The notes: a model not told the origin generated them from the letters alone. Positions 29,221-39,998 are shown, counted from the first letter of the stretch. The stretch is 64,000 nt of DNA from an uncultured Chloroflexia bacterium (GCA_963757595.1 CAVWRX010000003.1:373506-437505), one strand, 5' to 3'. Translations and numbers: made by a program.

Positions 29221-30071
29221 GGGCGCCTCGCCCGATCGGCGGGTCGGGTCGGACGGAGGTACAGCCACAGGACTGCCACGACGTAGGCGACGTGGGCCGC
29301 GAGCGTGGCTACCTCCGGCGACGAGCTGTAGCCGAGGATTGCCCGCAGGAAGGCTCCGATTCCCGTCTCGTCCGACAAGACGCCGCTGATGTCGTACGCG
29401 GACTGCATCCCGAGCAGATGCAGGCCGGCGAGACCTGCCACCTCGAAGTACTCGTGGAACGCCTTCGACAGGAGCCCGGCGGCGATGAAGATCAGGGCGA
29501 TGCCCGTCCAACGGAAGAACTTCCGGAGGTCGACGGCGCGGCTGCCCCGGTAGAAGCCGTAGCCGATGACGCTCGCGACCCCCAGCCCGGCGACGGCGCC
29601 GGTCGCGACGCTCCCTGCCGACGCGCTGACCGATGTGGCCTGGGCGGAGAGGAAGAGCGCGGTCTCGACACCCTCGCGAATGACGGACGCGAACGCAAGG
29701 CCTGCCAGACCCCAGGCGGTGCCGTCCCCGAGGGCCCGGTCCACGGCGGCCTGGAGATCGCCCTTCATCGCCGCGGACTGTCGCCGCATCCAGAAGAGCA
29801 TCCACGTGACGACCGCCGCCGCAACGAGGAGCGTGGTCCCCTCGAAGAGCTGTTCGTAGGGCTCCCTGAATTCGCCGACCGACACGAATAGGCCGACACC
29901 CAGGACGACGCTGAGCACGACCGCGCCGATGGTACCGAGCCAGACCTTGCCGGCATGACGGCCGTTCCCCGAGCGCGTGAGGTAGGCGAGGACGATGGCC
30001 ACGATCAGGGCGGCTTCGACGCCTTCCCGGAGGCCGATCAGGGCGCCGCTGGTGAACGCGCCAAAGTCCAT
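29202..30071 (-). CDS. FTR1 family iron permease
   Basis: Two REGVE motifs (GLREGVEAALIVA; VIREGVETALFLS). ATG at 30071. Confidence 0.7.
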   Translation of the reverse strand: MDFGAFTSGALIGLREGVEAALIVAIVLAYLTRSGNGRHAGKVWLGTIGAVVLSVVLGVGLFVSVGEFREPYEQLFEGTTLLVAAAVVTWMLFWMRRQSAAMKGDLQAAVDRALGDGTAWGLAGLAFASVIREGVETALFLSAQATSVSASAGSVATGAVAGLGVASVIGYGFYRGSRAVDLRKFFRWTGIALIFIAAGLLSKAFHEYFEVAGLAGLHLLGMQSAYDISGVLSDETGIGAFLRAILGYSSSPEVATLAAHVAYVVAVLWLYLRPTRPADRARRPTVAGA

Positions 30072-30194
30072 GGTGTCGATGCTCCCCTGGCAATCGCGCC
30101 GCACCGATCATGGGGCGTCCGGCTCGCGCAGGGGAAATCCTAGTCACGCACTCGGGATTGCGCAAGCGCCCTTGTCGATGGACGACAGGCGCCC

Positions 30195-32930
30195 TTACTC
30201 GTACTGGGGACTGGCCTTCTCCGGGTCCACGCCCAGCTCCGTGATTGCGGCGGCGGCGGCGGCGGCCGTGATCGTTCCGTCGGCGGCGAGCGCGCTCATC
30301 GCGGCCGCGGCGATGCTCGCCGCGTCGATCTCGAAGTACGCCCGCAGGGATTCACGGGTATCGCTGCGACCGAAGCCGTCCGTGCCGAGGGCCACGAACC
30401 GGGCCGGCACCCACGGGGCGATCCCCTGCGGCAGCGCCGCCATCCAATCCGTGGCTGCGATAACGGGGCCGCCCGCCGTGCCGAGCACGCCGGTCACGTG
30501 CGCCTGGCGTGGCTTCTCGGCGGGATGAAGCCGGTTCCAGCGATCGACCTGGAGTCCGTCGCGCCGCAGCAGCGAAAGCGACGGGGCGGAGTAGACCTCG
30601 GCGGCCACGCCGAGCTTCTCGGCCAGGATGGCCTGGGCCGCGATGGATTGCTGCAGGATGGCGCCCGACCCGACGAGCCGAACGCGAGGCGCCCCCTTCG
30701 GGAGCTTCGGCGCCTTCGAGAACCGGTAGATGCCCCGGAGGAGCGCCTCGTCGACGCCGGCGGGTTTCGGCGCCTGGGCGTAGTTCTCGTTGTAAAGGGT
30801 CACGTAGTAGAAGACATCCTCGCCCTGGGCATACATCCGGTCGATCCCGTCGCGGACGACTGCCGCAAGCTCGTAGGCAAACGCCGGGTCATAGGCGCGG
30901 ATGTTCGGGATCGTGGAGGCCAGGATGTGGCTGTGGCCGTCGTCGTGCTGGAGGCCCTCGCCGGCGAGCGTGGTGCGGCCGGCCGTAGCCCCGAGGAGGA
31001 AGCCCCGCGCCCTCGAGTCGCCCGCGGCCCAGATCTGATCCCCCGTCCGCTGGAAGCCGAACATCGAGTAGAAGATGTAGAAGGGAATCATCGGGTGGCC
31101 GAGCGTCGCGTAGGAGGTCGCGGCTGCCGTGAAGCTGGCCATGGACCCGGCCTCGGTGATCCCCTCCTCGAGGACCTGGCCGTCCTTGGCCTCCCGGTAC
31201 TTCATCACGAGCTCAGAATCGACCGGGTCGTAGCGCTGGCCACCACTGGCGTAGATACCGACCTCGTTGAAGAGCGGGTCCATGCCGAAGGTCCGGGCCT
31301 CGTCCGGAATGATCGGGACAATCCGCGGCCCGAGATCGGGATCGCGGACGAGGTTCCGCAGGAGTCGCGTGAACGCCATCGTCGTCGAGACCGCCGTCGG
31401 GCTGCCCGCGTCGAACTCGGCGTCGAAGGACGGCTTCGGCGCGGGCAGTGGCGATCGGCGCACGACCCGCTTCGGGAGCGGACCGCCCAGCGCCTTGCGT
31501 CGCTCGTTGAGGTACTCGACCTCCTCGGACTTGGGGCCCGGGTGGTAGTACGGCGCATCCTTGAGAGCGCTGTCCGGGATCGGCAGCTCGAGGCGATCGC
31601 GGAAGATCCTCAGCTCACTCTCCGAGAGCTTCTTTGCCTGGTGGGTGATGTTGCGGGCCTCCACGCCCGGACCAAGTGTCCATCCCTTGACCGTCTTGGC
31701 CAGGACGACGGTGGGGGCGCCGCGGAACTCGGTTGCGCTCTTGTACGCGGCATAGACCTTGCGGTAGTCGTGGCCGCCGCGGCGAAGCTTGGCGAGATCG
31801 TCGTCGGTGAGGTGCTCCACGAGACGTCGCAGTCGCGGATCGGGCCCGAAGAAATGCTCCCGGATGTAGGCGCCACCCGCGACCGAGAACTTCTGGAACT
31901 CGCCATCGACGGTGGTGTTCATCTTCTCGACGAGGACGCCATCGACGTCACGGGCCAGGAGCTCGTCCCATTCCCTGCCCCAGACGACCTTGATCACGTT
32001 CCAGCCGGAGCCGCGGAACACGGCCTCGAGCTCCTGGATGATCTTGCCGTTGCCGCGAACCGGCCCGTCGAGGCGCTGCAGATTGCAGTTGACGACGAAG
32101 GTCAGGTTGTCCAGACCCTCGCGGGCCGCGACGTGCAGCGCGCCGAGTGCCTCGGGCTCATCGGTTTCGCCGTCGCCGAGGAACGCCCAGACCCGCGACT
32201 TCGACGTGTCGAGGAGACCCCGGTTCTCGAGGTACCGGTTGAACCGCGCCTGGTAGATGGCGCTGACCGGACCGAGGCCCATGGAGACCGTCGGGAACTC
32301 CCAGAAGTCGGGCATGAGCCGTGGATGCGGGTATGACGAGAGGCCGTCCTGGGGCGGCGTCTCGCGTCGGAAGTGATCGAGCTGGTCCTCGTTGAGCCGA
32401 CCCTCGAGGAACGCCCTGGCATAAATTCCGGGCGCGGCGTGGCCCTGGTAGAAGACCTGATCGCCGAGACCGTCCCCGTCCTTGCCACGGAAGAAGTGGT
32501 TGAAGCCGACCTCGTAAAGGGTCGCCGCGGAGGCGTACGTCGCGAGGTGGCCGCCGATGCCGGGGTAGCTCGTATTGGCCCGCAGGACCATCGCCACCGC
32601 ATTCCAGCGGATCAGTCGTCGAATCCGGCGCTCCATCTCCTCGTCGCCGGGGAAGAAGGGCTCCTGCTCGGGGCTGATGGTGTTGATGTAGCGGGTATTG
32701 GTCAGCGGCGGAAGGCCAACCTGCAACTGGCGCGCCCGCTTGAGGAGCTTGAAGAGGAGGAACCGGGCACGTGTCTCGCCTTCGTCCTCGACAACCTGGT
32801 CGAGGGAGTCGATCCATTCGCTGGTTTCGCCCTGGTCGATATCGGGAAGTTGCTGCTTGAATTCGTCGACGTACATCGCGCCGAAGGGTAGCCCATGAGG
32901 CCGCGAAGCGCGACGCTGCGCATCGGTCAC
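30195..32930 (-). CDS. aceE: Pyruvate dehydrogenase E1 component, homodimeric type
   Basis: 911 aa. N-terminus [17 protein letters not shown], as in Mycobacterium tuberculosis AceE, with the ThDP motif ([14 protein letters not shown]). GTG start at 32930. Confidence 0.85.
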   Translation of the reverse strand: MTDAQRRASRPHGLPFGAMYVDEFKQQLPDIDQGETSEWIDSLDQVVEDEGETRARFLLFKLLKRARQLQVGLPPLTNTRYINTISPEQEPFFPGDEEMERRIRRLIRWNAVAMVLRANTSYPGIGGHLATYASAATLYEVGFNHFFRGKDGDGLGDQVFYQGHAAPGIYARAFLEGRLNEDQLDHFRRETPPQDGLSSYPHPRLMPDFWEFPTVSMGLGPVSAIYQARFNRYLENRGLLDTSKSRVWAFLGDGETDEPEALGALHVAAREGLDNLTFVVNCNLQRLDGPVRGNGKIIQELEAVFRGSGWNVIKVVWGREWDELLARDVDGVLVEKMNTTVDGEFQKFSVAGGAYIREHFFGPDPRLRRLVEHLTDDDLAKLRRGGHDYRKVYAAYKSATEFRGAPTVVLAKTVKGWTLGPGVEARNITHQAKKLSESELRIFRDRLELPIPDSALKDAPYYHPGPKSEEVEYLNERRKALGGPLPKRVVRRSPLPAPKPSFDAEFDAGSPTAVSTTMAFTRLLRNLVRDPDLGPRIVPIIPDEARTFGMDPLFNEVGIYASGGQRYDPVDSELVMKYREAKDGQVLEEGITEAGSMASFTAAATSYATLGHPMIPFYIFYSMFGFQRTGDQIWAAGDSRARGFLLGATAGRTTLAGEGLQHDDGHSHILASTIPNIRAYDPAFAYELAAVVRDGIDRMYAQGEDVFYYVTLYNENYAQAPKPAGVDEALLRGIYRFSKAPKLPKGAPRVRLVGSGAILQQSIAAQAILAEKLGVAAEVYSAPSLSLLRRDGLQVDRWNRLHPAEKPRQAHVTGVLGTAGGPVIAATDWMAALPQGIAPWVPARFVALGTDGFGRSDTRESLRAYFEIDAASIAAAAMSALAADGTITAAAAAAAITELGVDPEKASPQYE

Positions 32931-33006
32931 GAAGAGGTTGCGACGCGGCGCAGCTCGATCCGCTCGATCGGGCCGGACGACGAGGGTCCTGTGCTAGCGT
33001 CGGTCC

Positions 33007-33615
33007 GTGCAGCAATTCGACCCACGGACGGCGCTCATCGTCGTCGACATGCAGAACGATTTCGCCGACCCCGCGGGCTCGCTGAGCGTCTCGGGCGGCG
33101 CCGACGCGATCCCCGTCGTGAACCGGGCCGCGTGGGAAGCAATCCGGGCGGGCGGGTTCGTCGTGTACACCCAGGACTGGCACCCGGCGCATACCCCGCA
33201 CTTTGCGCAGGACGGGGGCATCTGGCCGGTCCACTGCGTCGGCGGAACGTGGGGTGCTGCATTCCACCCGGATCTCGAGGTCGTCGGACCGGCGATTCAC
33301 AAGGGCAGCAACGGGGAGGACGGCTACTCCGGTTTCACGATGCGGGATCCCACGACCGGGGCAGAGATTCCGACCGACCTTGACGCCCTCCTCCGCGTCC
33401 GGAACATCCGACGCGCAGTGGTGTGCGGGCTCGCGACCGACTACTGCGTGAAGGCGACGGCACTCGACGCCGTGCGGCTGGGCTACGTGACGACGGTCAT
33501 CCAGGACGGGATCGCCGCCGTCAACCTCGCGCCAGGCGACGGTGAGCGAGCGCTGGAGGCGCTTGGAGCCGCCGGGGTTGCGCTCGAGCTCGCAGCCGGA
33601 TCGGATCCCGAATGA
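33007..33615 (+). CDS. Isochorismatase family cysteine hydrolase (nicotinamidase-like)
   Basis: ALIVVDMQNDF ... catalytic Cys context (VVCGLATDYCVKATALDA). Confidence 0.7.
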   Translation: MQQFDPRTALIVVDMQNDFADPAGSLSVSGGADAIPVVNRAAWEAIRAGGFVVYTQDWHPAHTPHFAQDGGIWPVHCVGGTWGAAFHPDLEVVGPAIHKGSNGEDGYSGFTMRDPTTGAEIPTDLDALLRVRNIRRAVVCGLATDYCVKATALDAVRLGYVTTVIQDGIAAVNLAPGDGERALEALGAAGVALELAAGSDPE

Positions 33616-34145
33616 ACCCGGGAAGGCTCGTTGCCCGGCTCGCTCGCTTCGCGATCCTTGGGACGATTGCGGCATGGGTCGTCGAGCGCCGGCTCAGCGT
33701 CGGGCGAGCCGACGTCGGACTCCGGACGGTCGTCACGGTCGCCGCGCCGATCGAGCGGGTCTGGGCGATCCTCGCCGACATCGAGCGACAGCCGGAGTGG
33801 ATGCACGACCTGAAGAGCGTCCGCCTGACGACGCCCGGGCCCATCGGTGTCGGAACGCGCGGCATCGGTCGTGTCCAGGCCTTCGGGATCGGCGTCGAGG
33901 ACCCCGTCGAGGTCACGGCGTTCGAGGCTCCCTCCCACTTCGCGATCCGGCACGAGGGCCTCGTGACGGGCGGCGGCGATATCCGACTGACCGAGACCGC
34001 GGATGGCGAGACGACGGTGACGTGGGACGAAACGCTCATCGCTCCGCTCTTCCCGCTCCTCGGGGGGATCGTCCTTTCGATGGTCTTCCGCCCGATCTTT
34101 CAGCGGGATCTGGAACGTCTCGCGAGCCTGGTCGAGGCCGGTTGA
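33612..34145 (+). CDS. SRPBCC family protein (polyketide cyclase/dehydrase-like)
   Basis: 177 aa with a START/Bet v1-like pattern (IERVWAILADIERQPEWM). ATGA overlap with the upstream gene. Confidence 0.6.
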   Translation: MNPGRLVARLARFAILGTIAAWVVERRLSVGRADVGLRTVVTVAAPIERVWAILADIERQPEWMHDLKSVRLTTPGPIGVGTRGIGRVQAFGIGVEDPVEVTAFEAPSHFAIRHEGLVTGGGDIRLTETADGETTVTWDETLIAPLFPLLGGIVLSMVFRPIFQRDLERLASLVEAG

Positions 34146-34149
34146 GGTC

Positions 34150-35040
34150 ATGCTTCTCCACCTCGTCGATGCGACCTACGAGCTGTTCCGGGCGCACTAC
34201 GCGCCGCGCCCGCCGGTTCTTGGACACGAAGGCGTCAACCTGTCCGGCGTTTCGGGGCTCGTGGACCAGCTGCTCTACCTGCTCCGCGAGGAGGGCGCGA
34301 CGCACGTCGGCTGCGCGACCGACCGGGTGATCGAATCCTTCCGTAACGACCTCTATCCAGGCTACAAGTCGTCGACGGGGATGCCGCCCGAGCTGCTCGC
34401 CCAGTTCCCGATCGCCGAGGCCGCCATCGAGGCGCTCGGGATCGCCCTCTGGCCGATGGTCGAGTTCGAGGCCGACGACGCGATCGCCGCAGCGTGCGGG
34501 CGGTTCGCCGGCGATCCGCGGGTGGAGCGGATCTTCGTCTGCACGCCGGACAAGGACATGGCCCAACTCGTCGAGGACGAGCGCATCGTCCTCTTCGACC
34601 GGCGGCGCGGGATCGTCTACGACGATGCGGGCGTGCTGGCCAAGTGGGGCGTTCATCCGCCGTCCATCCCCGACTGGCTGGCACTGGTCGGCGACGCGTC
34701 CGACGGATTCCCGGGACTTCCCGGATGGGGGGCCAAGTCAGCAGCGGCGGTCCTGCTCCGCTACGACCATCTCGAGGACATCCCCGAGAAGGCGTCGCGA
34801 TGGGACGTCCGGAGCCTTCGCGGTGCCGTTGGCCTCGCCGCCACGCTGCGGGCACAGTGGAAAGACGCGCTCCTGTATCGATCCCTGGCTCGCCTCCGGA
34901 CGACGGCCGATGGCGTCGTCATTCCCCAGGCGGATCCCGATGAGCTGCGCTGGGCCGGAGCCCCGCGGGAGCGCTGGCAGGCGTTCTGCGACCGCTGGGG
35001 CCTCGATCGGCTGAGGACGCGGCCGCACCGCTGGACCTAG
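34150..35040 (+). CDS. 5'-3' exonuclease (Pol I 5'-nuclease / FEN family)
   Basis: MLLHLVDATYELFRAHYA ... H3TH region (DGFPGLPGWGAKSAAAVL). Confidence 0.75.
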   Translation: MLLHLVDATYELFRAHYAPRPPVLGHEGVNLSGVSGLVDQLLYLLREEGATHVGCATDRVIESFRNDLYPGYKSSTGMPPELLAQFPIAEAAIEALGIALWPMVEFEADDAIAAACGRFAGDPRVERIFVCTPDKDMAQLVEDERIVLFDRRRGIVYDDAGVLAKWGVHPPSIPDWLALVGDASDGFPGLPGWGAKSAAAVLLRYDHLEDIPEKASRWDVRSLRGAVGLAATLRAQWKDALLYRSLARLRTTADGVVIPQADPDELRWAGAPRERWQAFCDRWGLDRLRTRPHRWT

Positions 35041-35045
35041 CCGAC

Positions 35046-35729
35046 CTAGGTTCCGACGTCGGCGAAGATCTCCCAGTTCGGGACCGTGCCCTCCGGGACA
35101 GCCACGAACTCATAGAGGGCGAGGTTCCGCGGCGAGTGGTCGGGCCACACGCAACCGGCGCACGACCAGGTGACGATGACGCTCCAGTCCGATGCCCGCA
35201 GGACGCCCGTCGTCAACCCGCACACCATTTCGGTGGCAATTCGTGAGAGTTGCAGGTCTACCGGCTGCTCCTGGCACGGTCCGTCATAGGTGCCGTTCGG
35301 CCACGCGCTCATGGCGTTCTGGGAGGGTTCGCCGAGCAGCCTGGCGCGGACGGCCGTCCACCGTGCACCGCTCCCGCCTTCGCCGGAGAAGGTGCCGTAG
35401 ACGCGCAGGCCGTAGTAGTCCTGTGTCGGCGACCCGTCGCCCATCTCCCGGAATGCCTCCCAGCACAGGTCGAGCCAACCCTCCGGCCGCTCGATCCGTG
35501 ACAGGCAGACCTGCGCGGCCGGCGACGGGGCGAGGCCACTCGGATCGACACCTTCGGATGGGTCAGGTCCGGGGACGCCGGCGAGCGTCGTCCGCGCGAC
35601 GAGCGTCGTGCCTGCGCTGGCTGGAACCGTCACCGGGATGTGGCCGATGACGTACGCGCCGAGAAGCGCGACCGCGCCGACCGCGATTGCCGCGCCCGCA
35701 ATCAGTCCGAAGCGACTCGTCCCGCCCAT
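35046..35729 (-). CDS. Hypothetical membrane-anchored, Cys-containing protein
   Basis: N-terminal TM helix (FGLIAGAAIAVGAVALLGAYVIG) followed by a 200-aa soluble domain with 7 Cys. I recognise no family. Confidence 0.4.
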   Translation of the reverse strand: MGGTSRFGLIAGAAIAVGAVALLGAYVIGHIPVTVPASAGTTLVARTTLAGVPGPDPSEGVDPSGLAPSPAAQVCLSRIERPEGWLDLCWEAFREMGDGSPTQDYYGLRVYGTFSGEGGSGARWTAVRARLLGEPSQNAMSAWPNGTYDGPCQEQPVDLQLSRIATEMVCGLTTGVLRASDWSVIVTWSCAGCVWPDHSPRNLALYEFVAVPEGTVPNWEIFADVGT

Positions 35730-35812
35730 GCCCGGTGTCCCCTGCCTCGATGTGCGCCAAGGATGCCAGTCGCCTGGCTTGAGTCAAGGTCTGGTCTGCG
35801 CGACGCCGACGG

Positions 35813-36634
35813 TCAGCGGCCTGCGATCCGCAGCAGGAGTTCCGGGTGATGGCCGGCGGGAGCCGCGACGACCCCGATCGACCTCGACTTCGCGGCGACC
35901 TCGAACCACGGACCGCCCTCCAGGTTCGTCACGGACGCGCCTGCTCGCTCCGCGATCAGGCCGGCCGCGGCGATGTCCCATGTCGACAGGCCACCCTGCT
36001 GGACGAAGGCGTCGAAACGGCCGTTCGAGACGTAGACGAGGGCCAACGCCGCGGAGCCCATCGATCGCGACACGCGGATCGCCTTCCGGATGCCCCGAGC
36101 GCGGGTGGCAGCAGCCCGTCCCGACAGCGACATCGAGATGACGAAGTCGCTCAACTTGTCCTTGGCCGACGCGGCAACCGGGCGCCCGTTGAGGGTCGCG
36201 GCGCCGTCGACGGTCGCGGCGAAGGACTCCGCCCTGGCGGGGTCGCGGACCACGCCGACGACCGGAATGCCGTCGACCACGAGGGCGATCGAGACGCAGA
36301 ACATCGGGATCCCGTTGGCGTAGTTGATCGTCCCGTCGAGCGGGTCGACGACCCAGACGCGCCCGACGCCCGAGGACGCGGATTCGCCGGCGGCCGCATC
36401 GTGCTCGCCGGTCTCCTCGGCCAGCAGTGCGTCACCGGGAAACGCGGCCCGTATGCCGTCGAGGATCAGGGCCTCGGAGAGGTGGTCCACCTCCGTCACG
36501 ACGTCGTGCGCAGACTTGTGGTCGACATGCTCGACCCGCTCGTAGCGAGCCATCTGCAGCCGGCCTGCACGATCCGCGAGGTCGAGGGCGACGTCCAGCT
36601 CCTTGAGGTACCGGTCCTGTCGGACGACGCTCAC
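35813..36634 (-). CDS. Inositol monophosphatase family protein
   Basis: Metal-binding motifs (EETGE ... WVVDPLDGTINY ... WDIAAAGLI). The GTG start at 36634 overlaps the upstream stop (GTGA). Confidence 0.75.
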   Translation of the reverse strand: MSVVRQDRYLKELDVALDLADRAGRLQMARYERVEHVDHKSAHDVVTEVDHLSEALILDGIRAAFPGDALLAEETGEHDAAAGESASSGVGRVWVVDPLDGTINYANGIPMFCVSIALVVDGIPVVGVVRDPARAESFAATVDGAATLNGRPVAASAKDKLSDFVISMSLSGRAAATRARGIRKAIRVSRSMGSAALALVYVSNGRFDAFVQQGGLSTWDIAAAGLIAERAGASVTNLEGGPWFEVAAKSRSIGVVAAPAGHHPELLLRIAGR

Positions 36635-37122
36635 GGGGACTGGCAGTCGACGGCGAGCTCGACCGGCTGGTCGCCGAACACGGACACCGCCGCGGTGAAC
36701 GTGATGGTCTGGCCGGCCGGAACGTTGGGTGTCTGGAGCAGCTGTGCGGGTCCGCCGGCCTCCCGGTCCGCGGCGACCACACGGCAGGTGGTGGCCGACG
36801 GGCTGGTGCCCTTGTTGGTCACCGCGACCGTCACCTCGAGCCCGCCGGTGGCTGCGGCGGTCGTCCCCCGGAACACCGACACGACCTCGCCGCTGAACGG
36901 GCCGACGCCCTGGAGGGCGCTGCGAGCCAGCACGGCAAGGATCACGACGAACAGCAAGATCCCGCCTGCGGCGATCGCGTGGACCTGCGTGGCCGCGGGC
37001 TGCTTGAGGCCGAGCGGGTTGCAGAACTCGCAGAGGGACTCGTGGATCGGGATCTGGCGGCCGCAGCGAAGGCAGCCGTGCGTGGGCTCGGGCGCTGCGG
37101 AAAGGGTGGTCGGGGTGGTCAT
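36631..37122 (-). CDS. Uncharacterised protein with an N-terminal zinc ribbon, one TM helix and an extracytoplasmic β-rich domain
   Basis: Zinc ribbon (CLRCGRQIPIHESLCEFCNPLG), TM helix (IAAGGILLFVVILAVLA), C-terminal Cys pair. Translationally coupled to the IMPase gene. Confidence 0.5.
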   Translation of the reverse strand: MTTPTTLSAAPEPTHGCLRCGRQIPIHESLCEFCNPLGLKQPAATQVHAIAAGGILLFVVILAVLARSALQGVGPFSGEVVSVFRGTTAAATGGLEVTVAVTNKGTSPSATTCRVVAADREAGGPAQLLQTPNVPAGQTITFTAAVSVFGDQPVELAVDCQSP

Positions 37123-37180
37123 GCCGTCCCGATGGTGCCACGATCGGCGGCGATCCGGGATACAGGCCCTGGCGGTCGAT

Positions 37181-38029
37181 TCACCAGCGGCTTCGAGCGT
37201 CGACGAGGGCGTCGATGTCGGCGGTCGTCCGGGCGGTGAGGATGACCGCGTCGGCGTCCGCCGCCTGCCAGCGTTCCCACTCCACACGGGGGTCGGTGAC
37301 CCACGGACCGCCGACCAGGTTGTCCTGGTAGCTCCGGCCGCTGCCCATGCCAACCACGATCCGGACGTCACCGCGGTCTCGACCCGCTGCCGCGAGCGCC
37401 TCCAGGTAGCCCTCACGGAGTGCCTCGTAGACCGAATCCTCGGGCGCCCAGCCGTCCCCGATCCGGGCTGCGAGACGGACGCCGGCCGGCGACTCCGCGC
37501 CCACCAGGATTCGGGGCGCCGGACTTGGAACCGGGTGGGCCACCGCGTCGCGCAGCTGGTAGAACTCGCCCTCGTAGGTCACCGGCCCTCCTGTCCACAG
37601 CGCGCGGAGGACGGCGATCGCCTCCTCGAGTCGCCGGGCGCGCTCGGCCGCCTCGGGAAACTCCATTCCGTAGGCTTCGTGCTCCCGCTTTCCGCCGCCG
37701 ATCCCGATCCCCACGGTGAGGCGTCCGCCGCTCAGCTCCTGGACCGTGCCAGCCATCCGCGCCAGCAACGACGGGTGGCGGTTCATGACGTTCGTGACGA
37801 ATGTCCCCAGCCCGATTCCGGCGGTGGAGGCGGCCGTGGCGGCGAGGATCGTCCACTGCTCGACGTCCGGAACTGTCCGGTCGCCCTTGCCCACGAAGTG
37901 GTCCCAGGACCAGACCGAGGGATAGCCGGCCACGTCGAGTCGGCGCGCACTTTCTAGCCACCAGCTGGGCGTGGCGCCGATAGAACCGATCGCGACGCCG
38001 ATGCTCGGGCCGATGCGTGGCATCTCCAC
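37181..38029 (-). CDS. LLM class F420-dependent oxidoreductase
   Basis: Luciferase-like pattern (SVWSWDHF ... GTFVTNVMNRHP ... RLTVGIGIGG). Confidence 0.7.
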   Translation of the reverse strand: MEMPRIGPSIGVAIGSIGATPSWWLESARRLDVAGYPSVWSWDHFVGKGDRTVPDVEQWTILAATAASTAGIGLGTFVTNVMNRHPSLLARMAGTVQELSGGRLTVGIGIGGGKREHEAYGMEFPEAAERARRLEEAIAVLRALWTGGPVTYEGEFYQLRDAVAHPVPSPAPRILVGAESPAGVRLAARIGDGWAPEDSVYEALREGYLEALAAAGRDRGDVRIVVGMGSGRSYQDNLVGGPWVTDPRVEWERWQAADADAVILTARTTADIDALVDARSRW

Positions 38030-38035
38030 GCGACG

Positions 38036-38884
38036 CTACAACCCCGTCTCGAACAGGCGGATGTCCTCGGGGCTCATCGCGTGGCCGTCCCCTCGCGTCG
38101 GCCCGAGGGCCGCCAGGCCGCCGAGCGCGTCGAGGTCGGCGGGAAACCGGCCGATGAGGTCGAGGACCACCTTCTGGATACGTTCCGCGTTCTGGGCGAA
38201 TACCTCCAGGACGCTCATCGCGTCGACAGCTTCGGTCCCTTCGTGGACACCCGCGTCGTAGTCGGTGATGAGGGAGATGTTGACGACCGCCATTCCGAGC
38301 TCGCGGCACAGCCACGCCTCGGGGTACTGCGTCATGTTGATGACCTCCCAGCCCGCATCCGAGAACCACTTCGACTCGGACTTGGTCGAGAAGCGGGGGC
38401 CCTCGATCACGACCACCGTGCCACGTTCGTGGACCTCGATGCCGTGATCGCGGACGGTCTCGATCGCGAGCCGCCGGAGGACCGGATCGTACGTCTCGGC
38501 CGAGGAGAGGTGGGTCACGATCGGCCCGTCGTAGAACGTATGCGGGCGTCCGGACGTGCGATCAACGAACTGGTCGCAGACCACGAAGTCACCTGGTTTG
38601 ACGGACAAGGCGAGGGACCCGGCGGCGCACGGCGAGATCACGGCCTTCACGCCCAGGGAGCGCATCGCCCAGACGTTCGCGCGGTAGTTGATCCTGTGCG
38701 GGGGGATCGTGTGGCGCCGGCCGTGGCGGGGCAGGAACGCGACCCGGCGACCCGCGACGGCTGCCAGAAAGAAACTGTCCGAGGGTGCGCCGTATGGAGT
38801 GTCGACCTTGATCTCGCGGACATCGTCGAGCAGTGAATAGAAGCCCGACCCGCCAAACACGCCGATCTCAGCCAGTTCGGTCAC
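38036..38884 (-). CDS. mtnP: S-methyl-5'-thioadenosine phosphorylase
   Basis: GVFGGSGFY ... VDTPYGAPS ... FLPRHGRRHTIPPHRINYRAN. GTG at 38884 with GGAGGG 4 nt upstream. Confidence 0.8.
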   Translation of the reverse strand: MTELAEIGVFGGSGFYSLLDDVREIKVDTPYGAPSDSFFLAAVAGRRVAFLPRHGRRHTIPPHRINYRANVWAMRSLGVKAVISPCAAGSLALSVKPGDFVVCDQFVDRTSGRPHTFYDGPIVTHLSSAETYDPVLRRLAIETVRDHGIEVHERGTVVVIEGPRFSTKSESKWFSDAGWEVINMTQYPEAWLCRELGMAVVNISLITDYDAGVHEGTEAVDAMSVLEVFAQNAERIQKVVLDLIGRFPADLDALGGLAALGPTRGDGHAMSPEDIRLFETGL

Positions 38885-39015
38885 GCGACCCTCCGCACTC
38901 TCGCTTTCGGTCCGGCGCGACCTGCGCCATTCGGACCCCAGAGGCGGTCCGATTGTAGTCGCGCGCTCGACGTGGACTGGTCTACGATGGCCGGGCGCCC
39001 GCCGAGGAGGAGACG

Positions 39016-39324
39016 ATGACGACACCGGATGAAGGCTCCAGGATCGAGACCGCGGCTCGCCGGATCGACGAGAAGGCACAGTCCCTTGGTCGCGAGGCCG
39101 AGGCCGCGGCCAACCGGCTCGCGGCGAGGCCGGGTGTCCAGGATGCGGCCGACACCGCGTCGCGGCTGTGGGGCCTCATCCTGCTGGCGGTCGGGCTGTG
39201 GCTGTTCGCCGCCATAACGCTGCGGGTCGCGCTACCCGACCTTGCCTGGGCTGATCTCTGGCCGGCGATCCTCATCCTGTTCGGCGGCCTGATCGTGGTG
39301 CGGGGGCTCGCGCGGCGGCGTTGA
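39016..39324 (+). CDS. Small membrane protein, hypothetical
   Basis: 102 aa with two hydrophobic helices. GGAGGAG lies 6 nt upstream of the ATG. Confidence 0.45.
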   Translation: MTTPDEGSRIETAARRIDEKAQSLGREAEAAANRLAARPGVQDAADTASRLWGLILLAVGLWLFAAITLRVALPDLAWADLWPAILILFGGLIVVRGLARRR

Positions 39325-39998
39325 CCATACCGCAGGACGTGCCCGATTCCGATCCGGCCCATGGGTCACTCGAACTGGCGGATTGGCGACGTCGCATCGC
39401 CGACCTGTATTCGGCCGTCCGGGACACCGCGGCGAGCGATCCAGAGCGTGCGTGGGTCAGGTGGCGCTCGGCGCGCGAGCATCTCTACCGGGAGCACCCT
39501 CAGTCACCCGTGCCGGCCGCGTCGCGTTCGTCGTTCCATGGCGCGTACTGGCCGTATCGCCCGGCCTGGCGTTTCGAGGTGAAGGTTCGTGCCGGCACGT
39601 CCCCCGCGCCCGAGACACCCGGGGTCGGTAGCATGCTGCTGCTCCCCGTCAGCACCGGAGACGCCCTCGCCTTCACCCGGCTCGGCGACATCGTGCTCCC
39701 GCTCCCGGCCGCCGAGCGGTCGCTCACGATCTACTGGATGTCGGGCTATTCCGGCGGACTCTTCCTGCCGTTCCGTGACGCCACGAACGGGACGACGACG
39801 TACGGAGCGGGCCGGTATCTCCTCGACTCGGCCAAAGGCGCGGATCTCGGCGGGAACGCGGAGGCAGGGTCGCTGATCCTGGACTTCAACTTTGCCTACC
39901 ACCCGTCCTGTGCCTTCGACCCTCGCTGGTCGTGCCCGCTCGCGCCGCCCGAAAATCGCCTCGACATCGCCGTGGAGGCCGGCGAGCGGTTGCCCTGA
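39321..39998 (+). CDS. DUF1684 domain-containing protein
   Basis: C-terminal motif (ILDFNFAYHPSCAFDPRWSCPLAP), typical of DUF1684. Confidence 0.65.
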   Translation: MTIPQDVPDSDPAHGSLELADWRRRIADLYSAVRDTAASDPERAWVRWRSAREHLYREHPQSPVPAASRSSFHGAYWPYRPAWRFEVKVRAGTSPAPETPGVGSMLLLPVSTGDALAFTRLGDIVLPLPAAERSLTIYWMSGYSGGLFLPFRDATNGTTTYGAGRYLLDSAKGADLGGNAEAGSLILDFNFAYHPSCAFDPRWSCPLAPPENRLDIAVEAGERLP

